Shown one piece after another: positions 36,101 to 48,100 of a stretch of DNA of 64,000 bases. Numbering within the stretch: the first letter of the stretch is position 1; each line of letters begins with the position of its first letter. The DNA is from Oikopleura dioica. Lineage: Eukaryota > Animalia > Chordata. The notes below the pieces were generated by a model. It saw nothing but the letters and a program-made list of their open reading frames with translations. It was not told the origin of the DNA and made no database searches. The position numbers were made by a program, and so were the translations under genes. The stretch covers positions 8,742,001-8,806,000 of the forward strand of contig OU015568.1 in the NCBI GenBank assembly GCA_907165135.1, in the 5' to 3' direction.

Positions 36101-39100
36101 TAAGGAGTTGTTTTTCGGTGCCTTATCAAAGAAAAAACAAGTCACACCTGGGTACTTCTTGAAAAACGTGTACCATGATACTGAAATCCCACGACTAGAT
36201 GTTGAAAGATCAACCGGATCAAAGATTTTTCGCTTGAAAACAGCGAAAGTTTGCTAAATGCTCTTCTTGAGTTGAAAAATGCAGTCGATTCTGTAGCCAA
36301 GATTATCGATGATTTCCCCATGCATTCGTCGACAGAAGAGGACCGCAAGGCCGTGATGGCCGTTGTCAATGGAAGAAACGAGGAAATTGAAAAGAAGATC
36401 AGCGGGTTGAAAAAGTTTGAAGAGGCCAAGGCGAAATTCGAGCTGACTGAGGTGAGATTTGGAGAGGTAAGGGGAAATGCTCGTTGTTGAGTGGAGAATT
36501 GTAACTAACAGAAAATTTCTCATGAGTCTTACATAATTGTCTACTAGACATTTGTTACTGTAGTGGAGATTTAATTAGATGTCCTTAAATTAACTCAGAA
36601 CTGCTCTTATCGTCCTCGAAGGCGCGAATTAGCAGCTTTAGCCTCATTCGAACTTGACGTCTTTTTTGCGGAAGGCTAACCGCGGCCCAGGTTGAGGGGT
36701 TAATTCTACCGCGTAAATTTTAATGCCGAAGACACCCAGCTTGTCCTGATTTATTGTTTCAACACTTTTCAATAACGCCATGATCACTTTCTAATTTTCG
36801 CTTTTCCTCTCTTTTTTTCGAATTACAAATTCGTAATAAGAGGTAATTTCGTGATATTTTTCAAGCACAGAAGATTGACAGCCCTGAGTCGGGTCTTTTG
36901 ATCGATTATGTTTTATGGCGATAAACTCACGCCGAGTTTGAGCTTGCTGATAAGGGCAGTACACCGAGGCAAGAAGAAAAGTTCTAGAGACGTGTGCCTT
37001 CCGGAGTTCCAGCTGTCATTAGACTCACACCTTTTCTTCAATCTTTTTTCAAAGGAACTATTTTAGGCTCAGCTCGAAAAGGCCTTCCAAAGAGATAAAG
37101 AAAGGTTCACTTCATTACTACAGGAACAGTGCTTAAAATTTCCTTCATCTGGTGACGTTTTATGGTAAACTTTGATCGTCATTAAAGCTGTAGGGCATAA
37201 TAGATTAAGTGTTTTATGAACAAAAATTTATGATTAAAAGTTCTTATCTTTACAAAACAAAGTGACTAAGTTATGGGTGCAGTCTGCCAGAATTAACATA
37301 ATTAAACGTGTCTACCAGACAAATACGACATATTTGCCACCGTAAATTATAAACTAGATTTTTATAGAGTTAAATTTTTCGAAGAAAAAAATCTGAAAAT
37401 CGTGAATATTGAGCAATATTTCTTGGCAAAAAAGACCGTGCTAGAAAGTTAATTAAGCGCTGACAACAGGAGTATAATGACTGCGCTTACGAGCTGCTAG
37501 ATCTTTTGGACGATCCCCGAGACATCAGCTTGATTTCCAAAGTCAAAAGCAAAATCGACTACTGGAACCAAATTATGGAAAACCAGGTAATTCCATCTTC
37601 TCTCTACTCCTCCTTTTTATTCCTTCTGAATTTCCTCGCTATTCTATCCTATTTTCTCAAAGCAACCTCTTTCCTCCTCCTCTTCTTCCTCCTCGCTAGA
37701 ATCTTATAACTCCGATGAATCGCTGCCTTCGGACCTGGATGAGCTCATGAGAGCGGAGAAATATGGCGGATCAAGGGATCTTCTGCACGGATCTATTGAC
37801 TTGTTGACTGATGGAGGCTCACTTCCGCCACCACCCTCACCTTCGCCAAAGGAAACAGTTTATTTTTGATCATTTAGGGTTAGGGTTAGGGTTAGGTTGT
37901 CTGTATACTCAGTACAAGTTTTGGATTAATGAAAAATTGTTAAAAGCTTGTTGAGCCAGGTAACTTCGAAAATGTCGACCCACGTGACGTCGAAGTAATA
38001 TTCCCACAGGAAAGGAACCAAAAAAATGCCCAAGTTTTGGGTTTAATTCGAGTTCGGGTTAGCTCAGTTTATGAAAAAAAGGACTGGGGAAGTGTTAGAT
38101 TCCTGAACTCAGAGGCACCACATCGCACTCAAACCCATGGTCTCATTGGTCGCGGAAGAAACTGAGGACCAAGTGCGAGCAATGCAGGAGACATCCGCGT
38201 CTGAAACAGAAGAATCGCCACGACAAACGCGCAAGACTTCGACTGGTAGTCTAAAAGGAGGACACGTTCGGAGGGGAAGATCCTCCTGTGGAAGCATCAT
38301 GGAAGAGAAGGAAAATGATGATAACAATCAAAGGTAATATTTTTTTAATAGAAAAATTGTTAATTTAATTGCTATAAATCTTCAGCATAAAATTATCCGA
38401 ATGAGTCATTGAACTAGAACTGAACTCATACTCATTTAACCTGACCTCGGGAACCAAAACTTTCATAAAAAGTAAACATTCGCTTTGTTAGCTCAACTTC
38501 ACTGACATAACTGTACTTTCATGTCGGATTGGAGAGAATTTTATAGAAAGTAGAGAATGCTTGCAATTTCACGAAGAGAGTTAACTTGGGGAAATATTTT
38601 ACGAATTTTAAGTATTCCAGTTGGTGTCGCCTTTTTGAGTCTTTTCCTATTTTTCAGGTATAATTTTGCGAAAATTTCAGTTGAAATAATTTTCACTAAA
38701 AGTATCTCACTGATAATCAATAAAATACTGTTTTCTAAAGGAATTTTTAAGGGCCCTTGATCGAAGCTCCCCAAGATCCGACGATTTTCAGCCTGGAGAG
38801 CCAGCTCCTCAAGAGAATGAACAGCCCGAAAGCCAAGATAACTCAAAAGTTGAAGAAAAGTCGCAAAAAGAAGAGCCCGAAAGCAATGATGAAATTACCC
38901 AAGAGACATTGAACGACATTTCTAGTGGCGAATTCAAGCTGAACTTTACGCCAAGCTATGATATTGTCCGAGAAATGGAGCTCAAAGAAGCCTTGGCGAA
39001 GCGAATTGATGAAGCAAAGCGCGTTCAGGAGGACAACTACGGGTAAGTAATCAGCTGTTGAAGGGCAGATGCGAAGCTCAACAGATTCGCACTTTGAATC

Positions 39101-42100
39101 TCGTAATTCAACCCCCGCTTAGCGAAGGTTAACTTCTAAAAATCACCAACTGAAGGTTTTAGCAGCAATTTTCGCTGTGGCTTTTAAATTTTTAATAATA
39201 ATTTATAATCAATAAAACAACAAGCCGTCATTTTAAACATTTTGATAAATGTTCCCATAGATCATCATTCTTACTAAAAATTCTAGTGAAAGAAGCCTCT
39301 GGAGCGTCTCAGAAAAGATCACCTGGCATGAAGGGTTCATCGCGCGTCGCGCAAACCAGGGAAAGAGGCTTGAAACGAAAGTTGAAGGAGTGATAAGCTC
39401 GCTGTGCATTTGAAATTCATTAAAAGCCTTTTCGGAGGCTACTGAGGCATTTGTTGCGCTTGAGAGAATCAACAACCGAAAAATGGCAGAAGAAGAAATC
39501 AAGACTGTCGCTGAGAAAATCCTCAAGCAGAAGAGCGCTTCTGAGATTGTCAAAACCCCAGAGACAGTTCGAAAGATTTCAAGAGAAGAAGTTGAGGACG
39601 TTTTCAAGAGTTTGAAGAGGCAAAACTCGCAGCCAGAGAAACAGCCATTGGTCGATCAAGTTATTGATAACATTGTGGACGATATTGTCAAAGAAAAATC
39701 GAAAACTGAGGATGAAGACTTTGATATTTTAGACTTGGACGAAATTAAAGGTAGAATCGAGCTTGATTTTCAATTTTTTAACTAAATTCAGCTGCGACGG
39801 AAGCATCTCAAAAAATCGAAGAAAACTTGCCAACAAAATCTCCTTCTCCAGTCCTTGTTCAAGCTCCGAAGAACATGGAGGATTCTGGAATAAATTTACC
39901 TGACATCGTTCCTCAAGAGCTTCCGAAAGAACCTCCACAGCAAGAAGATCTTCCAATGGAGGATTCTGGTATTGGATTCACCGAATCTACTGAAAATGTT
40001 AAAGAGAGCATCTCAGAGCGTCCACCTTCACCGAAGTCTGAAGAAATCGCAATGCTGGAAGGAAAGATCGCCCAGCTGGATGAATCCGTTGAACTAAAAG
40101 ATGAGCTGACAGATTCATCGCTCGATCTTTATGGCAACTTCGATATGATGGCCTCGCCGACTGTAAAATCGCCCGTACCTGCCGTCGACTACGACCTATT
40201 CGGCTCGATCTCTCCGCCGGCAGGTTTAACCGCAGAAACCATGGCACAGCCGCGTAAATCGGTGGCGTTCAGCGATCACGTGCAGGAGAAAACGATCTCA
40301 CCCGCGCCTTCTATGAGCTCACCTGAGATAATCGACGCTGAAGATTACTTTCTCAAGTCAGGAGATGAAAAAGCGAGACTGGAAGCGGAACTCGATGAGC
40401 TCATGGATGGATTTACGGAAGAAATCGAGAAGAGGGAAAGGATGCCTGATCAGAGAGATCTTTTAGGAAGCGTTTTATCAAATCTGAGATATTTTTAGAG
40501 GAACCATAATAATAAGAGTTTCATGTCTTTATAGATATTTTAGAAGAATTTTGTCTAATGGAAAAAAAATTCTTTTTAAAAAGCAATTTCCGTCGATGAA
40601 ACGAATTTTCCATTAATCATAAAATAAAACGCTTAAAAGGAAACTTCAAGATCGACTCTCCAGAAGCCCAAGAAATCGACTCATCCGATTCTGCGAAAGA
40701 ATACTTTCCTGTTGAGCTGTCAAAGAACCAAGTTTCATCACCTGTTGAAAAAACAGAAGCTGACGAAAGGAAAGCGATAGATACAGAATGCGATTTGGAA
40801 GCGGTTTCCAAATTAGAAGAGCCCTCCCAGAGCATTTCCCACGATGCAGATGTAATTAATACAGATCCACTTGCGAGCTCGTTATCTGAAGAAGCCGAGA
40901 GTGAGAAAGTGACGCCGGCCGAAATTGAAGAGAAGCTCGATGGTTCTGAGAAAGAGATAGAAACCATGCCAAGTGAAATTATTGAGGACACTCACGAAAC
41001 TGTGGTTGAATCTTCAGTCGAAAAATCTGCTAATGACGAAGTTAAAAACGAAAATAAAGAACAAGAGAACCAAAAAGAGATTCCATTGGATACTCAAGAA
41101 GAAGTTGGCCTTGCCGAACAACCAGAGCTCATGGAACCCACAGCTGATAGAAATGCACAAGAAGAAATTTCCGTGAAAGAGTCAGAAAATGCTGAGCCTG
41201 CGCCTTTGGCTGAAGAAGGTGAAATGCTAGAGAACGACCATCAGCCACAAGTAGCCGTTGTTGAAGAACAATCTGTCGGAAATAGTGATGAAAAACCTGT
41301 CGAAACCGAAGAAAAATCTGAGCCTCGAGAAGATCAAACTTTGGAAGCTCAAGAATCTGTTTGTAAGGTGGATTGGACCGAAGAAAAAGTTAAAACTGAA
41401 AAAACTGTAAACGAAACTGCTGAAATTCCAGAGCAATCAGAGGATTTATCACCTGAAGCTATTGAGCTCCAACCTGACTCACCTCATCTGCAGGAGTCAT
41501 TAGAAGACACAGTATCTCCAGCAGCGGCGGCAGATGATATTACCGTAGCTTCAGATCGATCGGCGGCAGAAATTGAATCTTTTGCGGCTTTGACAGTTAG
41601 TGAGATCATACAGTCTGCGCAGAAAGAAGCCAAATCTTATCATGAGGCTGATGAAAGCGAAATTCGCGAAAAATGTGATGATCCCGTCGCAATCAACGAA
41701 GAGGCACCTGCTCAGGTTCACGACTCAGAGAAAGAAACTAACCGTGAAAACATGGAAGACTCGACACCAGAAATTTCCCCAGAAAATGTCACGGAGAATG
41801 AAATCAAGGAAGAGAAACAAAGAGAAAAGTTCGACGTCCCTCCAAAATTCAAAGAAATTCCATTTGAGCCAGTAAAAGAAAATGAAATCGAAGTTGTCTT
41901 GAAAAAGGAAGGCGAAAAAGAATTGCCTGAATTCGTTGTCGAAAAGGATGAGCCAAAACTGGAAGAACTGAAATCTTCTGAAGCAGTTTCTTTTGGAGAA
42001 AACCAGAAGATCAGATCTGAGAAAGTTCTGAGCTTCGCAAGCTACAGAAGCGAAAGTACTGAAGGTAAGTCAACTTGTTCTGTGAATATCGGAAAAATCT

Positions 42101-45100
42101 TATCTATAATTAGTAGTGCTCACTGTTATTACTGCCTGAAAAATATATGTTTTTATTTGTTTAAGGGTAAAACATGAAATCGGCGCGGCGTGGCTGCCCG
42201 TTCAGCGCCCCGCCGTGACCTATTTTTCAGAGGCCCGTCAAATATGAACGGAGAGAGTATTTTTCATAATTCTTTTTGCCATATGATCATCAAAGCCTGC
42301 ACTTTGAAAAAGGCAGTTTTGAAAAGAATCGTGAGCGTAGAAGTATGAAAAAATGGGATGACTTGCTCAAAGTCTATCTCCTCCAACAATTTTCGTCCGA
42401 TTTTTTCCAAATTAGAACCATTTTGTAGAGCTCCGTCTACTCTACAAATTCGTAGACTAACTTTTTAAATTTTTATTTTACAGATTTTTAGACGGAGCTA
42501 TGAAATGAGCGCTATCACTCCGCGGCCGCCTTTTTCACACGCTGCGCTCCTGCTTATGTCTTTTTTCGAGGGAGCGCTCATTTCCAAGCTCCGTCTAATA
42601 ATCTATGAGATTAAAATTTAAAAAGTTAGTCTACGAATTTGTAGAGTAGACGGAGCTCTACAGAATGGTTCTAATTTGGAAAAAATCGGACGAAAATTGT
42701 TGGAGGAGATAGACTTTGAGCAAGTCATCCCATTTTTTCATACTTCTACGCTCACGATTCTTTTCAAAACTGCCTTTTTCAAAGTGCAGGCTTTGATGAT
42801 CATATGGCAAAAAGAATTATGAAAAATACTCTCTCCGTTCATATTTGACGGGCCGCTGAAAAATAGGTCACGGCGGGGCGCTGAACGGGCAGCCACGCCG
42901 CGCCGATTTCATGTTTTACCCTTAAATATACTTATGGTTTCTCATCTTGAAGATCATACCAACTCATCCAGCCTAATCATTTTCCTATCAAGTCATCAGT
43001 GTTAAAATTGAACTTTTAGTGCAGCAGACTGTTATCACCACCCCTGCAGAGGCCGATCCAGTCGTTTCCTCAAAAGAGGAAGAAATAAACTTAGAAGAAA
43101 ATTTGCAAGAGATCCCCAAAGAAACAAAAGAGATGAGCTCGCAAGGCTCGATTCAGCAGCTCGTCAGCTCTTCTGGCGATTTTGACGAAGAAAATGCATC
43201 AGAAACCGCAATTGACATACAGGTTACAAATGACGCAAAAGAGGATGAACTTTCGGATGCTGAAACGACGTCTCAATCGACCATAAAAGCAAGTCCTTCA
43301 ATGACAACTATGGACTCTGTTGACGTGTCTGGGTCGTACGACCCTGATTCAAGCAATACTAACGCCGTTTCTGACAGATTCAGGAAAAATTTATAAATAA
43401 TAATTGGGCTGAAACACATTTGCCTGCTTTCAAGACGATGGACCAGACAGCTATGATGTCTATAATAGTCATACAGTAAAATAATCTCTTGCTAACTGTA
43501 AATTTTATCAAAGTGTTTACTGTGAGCCTGACGAGGTCATTTCGGAATCGAAAGAACTTCAGATGGAGGTTTCTACGACAGAAATCGAGGTTACAACTGA
43601 AACAACGATCACAGAAATGAAGCGTTCCGAGTCAAGTGATACTCTTCGATTCACAGAAGAACACACTTCTATCAGCGTGAGCTCGCATGATCTTGATGCA
43701 GATCTTGAAAAGAGTGAAACACCCGCTTCAGGAAAGAGCTGAGAAAGACCTTGAACTTTTCAATCAGAAAGCTGTGAGTTTTGATTTACACACACCGCAA
43801 TACAGTGATCTATGAAAAAGGCAACTGTTCACAGCTCCTCAACAGTTGGCGACGAGGGCAAGGTTGACGAGCCTGTTTCAGTCAGCGCTGACGCCCCCGC
43901 GGCGCCGGAAATGAGTGAAAATAAAGAGAAACAAAGCGGTGGCCAATGGAATTCCGGCTGGGAAGGTTGGGAAGACGATGAGTGGAAAGAACCAGTCAAG
44001 GTCGAATTCAAACAGCAGAACATCCAGGAGAGTTCCATTGCCGGAACACAAAGCGCAGAAGATAATGAACAAGGAGTGAATGTTTCTGGAAATATCAGTA
44101 CTGATACAGAAGCTGGCTATGAAACAGCCACTTCTGGTGGCGAATATGACACGGCTGTGGAGGATAATAATACTTCTACTGATGCGTTTTATTCTTGCAC
44201 GGAAGGAACTGATGTCGAAGGAATGGGTAAAAAAGAAAATCGGATACGGGAATAGAATATTAGAAAAAGGCCAATTTCGGAAAACCCCGAAAAGACAATC
44301 GAGCTGAAACTCCAACGAATGCGGATGTGCCTCACGTGGGAAACATTCCCCATTTTGGCGAGTTCAGTTTCGCCTCCTCGCAAACTGTTCAGGAGATTTC
44401 TTCACAGGAATTCGCAAGTTCCCAAGATAGCGTTTTACAGTCTCAAGAACAAGATCCACCAGAAGATGGTGCGAACCTGAACGAGTTCAATTTCCGCGAT
44501 GGTTGCACGATCGTGGAGACTGTTGCTAAAAAGGACACCGTAGAAGTGTTCGATCCTCAAGGCCAGTTTTCACAAAACGGCAACCAAACTTAATTTGGTT
44601 AGCGTTTTGTCAAACTGGATTAGAAGGACGATGGTACGAGGCGCAGATGGATCTGTCCAAGATCGAAGAAATCTCTCCTCCTCTTTCTAACTCTCCTCTT
44701 TCTTCTCCTAAACCTCTTCTCAGAGAGACTGTCTCTAGTCCAGTCTTGATCAGTAAAGGGGAATCGACTTCAGATTTAATTCAGGAGCAGATTTCTGAGG
44801 AACAAGTTGAAGAAGAACAGCAGCAGAAAACTCCATCCCCAGAACCTCTACCCATAATTGAACCCGAACCCGAACCGCAAGCAGAGCCAGAGCCAGAAAC
44901 AGAGCAAGTTCAGCAAGAAGCTGTGCCAGAAGCCCAGGAACCCGAGAAACCAGTAGAACCAGAACCTCAAAAAGAAGTTACCCCAGAGCCCGAGCAAGAA
45001 AATGTTGACCCTCTTCCTGAAAACGTCAAGCTTTTGGAAGACAAGGAAGAAATCATCATTGCCGAAAAAGTACTCGACACAGAATCATTGAAGATTGATG

Positions 45101-48100
45101 TCAACTCTGTCACTGCAAGTGTGACAACTTCGTACGAGATAATTGATGTCAAGAAAGTCATCGTTGACATGCCTGTCGCTACTCCTTCGCCGATTCAGCA
45201 AATTGAGGAAGAAGCCAAACCTTCAACTTCTGAAAGCTCTGCATCTGAGGAATCAGAGGCCGAGTCAGTCAAGGCCAAGTCTGCCTCTCCTGAACCCGTT
45301 AGCATCACAGTTTCCTCCAAATCCTCTGAAATCAACGAAGAGTCAACAATGGTCGTTTTGAATGTCGAAACTCGAAAATCAACGGGCGAGCTGCGCTTCA
45401 CCGACACGCCAACTACTGTCACTTCCGAGGCGGAATCAACTTCCGGAAAGGTGGAGCAGATTGCTGACGAAGCAGAACAAATCATTGTCGCTGAGAAAAT
45501 CAAAGATACTGTCACTGAGCAAATCGTTCAATCAAGCCAAAGCGATGATAAAACCACCGAGTAAGTTTTATGAATTTATATTTTTTTCTAGCTTCTAAGT
45601 AAAAAATGCACCATTTTTATCAAAGAGCACACAGGTGTTAGAATCATCACTTGCCAAATGGTACAGCCTTATCTATATTTTCCTTGGCTCGGCGCTTCAC
45701 TCTGAGCGTTTCCCGGAGCGTTGACGGATCGATCACCCCCGCGCTGAGAAAATGACCTGTCACTGCTTCCGCTTTTCTCTTTTCCGCTTCAAAGCGCTAG
45801 AAAATGAACAGTAAGACATATTTTTCGCATATTTTTTTTATTTTTTGGATAGCTCAAGACGTAACAGACAGAAAATGGGAAGGAAATATGAGTAGTTTTT
45901 GGGGTACATCGATAAAGAGCGATAGAATGACATGTGAAGTAAGGGGCTTGAGAAAGTTTTTCTTTTCGTTGTTTTCAATTGTTTTTCGGTCAGTAGCAAA
46001 CACCGGTGAAACAAACACGGCTGAAGCGGCGGCAACAGGGCTTCTCCGATGGGAGGAACTTCACCTGGCTGAGTCTAGGTTGGAAAACAAGTACAGAGGG
46101 CCGGAAACGCCCCGCGCATCCCCTTAGGAAACACTCGACAGGTGTCAAGTTAAATTTAGCGCGATATTAAGGGTACACGCCGCCTATTTAAAAAGATCGC
46201 GATTCACGAATTTTTCATCCTCAAGACAAGATGAAAAATTGTGTGAAAAAGAGGCTAAGCCCGTAAACCCTTAGTGGGGATGAATAATTAAGGGTGTCCG
46301 TCCGGAAGTAGGAGATTTTATGAGAAGCTCAGCCGGTTCCCACAGATTTCGGCAATACTTGGCCATTCGTTTCATCCTCGGCGGCATTCGGCGGCCAGTT
46401 TCATTTTCCGAGTAACCCCTTTCGCCTGAAAATTTATTATGAAAGGGGAAATTTAGAAGGAACTTCTTACTTTCAACTTGTATTTGAAGCAGATCTTGGC
46501 AGCTTTTGCAAGTATCATACGTAACTCCTTCGCAAGTATCTCCTCTGAGCAATATTTTCATTAAAAAGCTCAAATTTACTAACTAAACCTTTTCCGGAAT
46601 CGCCTTTTCTTGAAGCTCCGTGGGTGGCCCACTTGAAAAAGCAACAACAACCCTAAAAATTTTTATTAATTTGGAGGATAGCCAAGGTCATTTTTCGCGT
46701 TCAAGGACCCTCCACCAGTGTTTGGCTCGGAGAAAAATTTCCGGATTAGGGAAATTCCAAATTCAGCTTTTGAAATTTTAAAGTTATCCTATCATATTTT
46801 GCGTATTCATATGCGTTTATCCAACATCAAAAAATGGATGGAGATTATTGTTTAATTTCGGCTTCACTTTAAAGTAAAATTCTTTAAAATTATCAAAGTA
46901 CAGACACTTATGGTTTCTATAGGTAACTCCCTTAATTTGCTTTTCAATGACTCCACATTGTGGGGTCCACAACTCGCACTTAAAAATTTCGGAAGTCGTT
47001 CGCGGTAAATAGCATAAAAATTTGACAGGTTCCATTTCCGCCGAATTCCGATTTCCCACAGATGTCTTTCCTTACCTAATACAAATTTATTCAAAATCAT
47101 CGTCTTCAAATAAACATGTTCAAAAATAATCTCTGTCTAAAAATTTTCTGAATGCGGTTAGGTAGATGAAAAGTTTAAGGGGCTTGGGCTATATTAAATC
47201 CCCCCAATTCAAGTTCCTAGTGAAATTTTTAACCCTCGCGCGCCACCCTTGAAACCAAACTTTGCGCGTCTTTTGACGCCATCTATGGCAGATTAATGCG
47301 CTTTTTATGAAATATAAATAACATTACTTGGCATATTAATAAGTTCGGGTCTAATTTTTAAGGGAGTGCTCGAGTTTTTCAAAGAAAATCGTGGAATGTC
47401 ATTATGGCTAATGTGCAAATGTCAGGGATTGTTTGATCGGCTCTTGAAGTTCCGATCTCAGCGATAGATTCTTTTTGCAGCTTTTTTTCTCCAGGAAAAG
47501 ATCTTCTTGAAAGATTGATTATATCGTATCAAAGGTTTGATATGATACTGAGTTCTTATACAGCTATTTGAAATAACCACTTCCAACTCTTTTGGCTACC
47601 TTTGTCTCTCCCTATTTCCAGCCTTCTCGTCTGTTTTCTGATAGAAACAGGACATATCTTTATGATAGAAAATCAATAAGCCCGGAAGCCATTTTTCAGT
47701 GTGCCTTAAAATCGCTTGGCTTGTGCCCAAGTACTTCCGTTCATGTCCATCAATGGCCGTGATGTTCGGCTTTTTTATTGAAAAATTTTGAACGCTTAGA
47801 ACTTGACTCTTTTACAAGCGACCAAAAAGTCCTCGGTGTATTTTTTCTTTATTCGAGCGTTTACAGTGAATCTTCTATCGTTTGAATAATTGTCATGGCC
47901 TCGTGACGTTCCATAAATCGGCTCGCTCGAGCGCCATTAAATTTCTAGTGGAGTTGCTCCAACACACCTGCGGGCAGAGCACCAGAAGGCACGGAAGAGG
48001 AGCTCTGATTCATTTTTTTTTCTCTGCTCCGTGTTGTCAAATAGCAAACATCAAACGTTTGAGCAGCAAAAGCGGGCAAGTTATTTGAGTTATTGCAAAA

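Noticed and set aside
38050-38075. tRNA-like GGGTTAGCTCAGTT
   Set aside because: There is no T-arm/B-box (GTTCGA) or acceptor stem at the right spacing.
42725-42737. TCATCCCATTTTT, similar to the start of the Oikopleura spliced leader as I recall it
   Set aside because: The rest of the leader, the donor and the Sm site are missing, and it lies within the foldback element arm.
46817-47059. Apparent fourth MGN-start (myristoylation) protein MGNRNS
   Set aside because: The first codon is GTG, not ATG, so this is an ORF-caller artefact.
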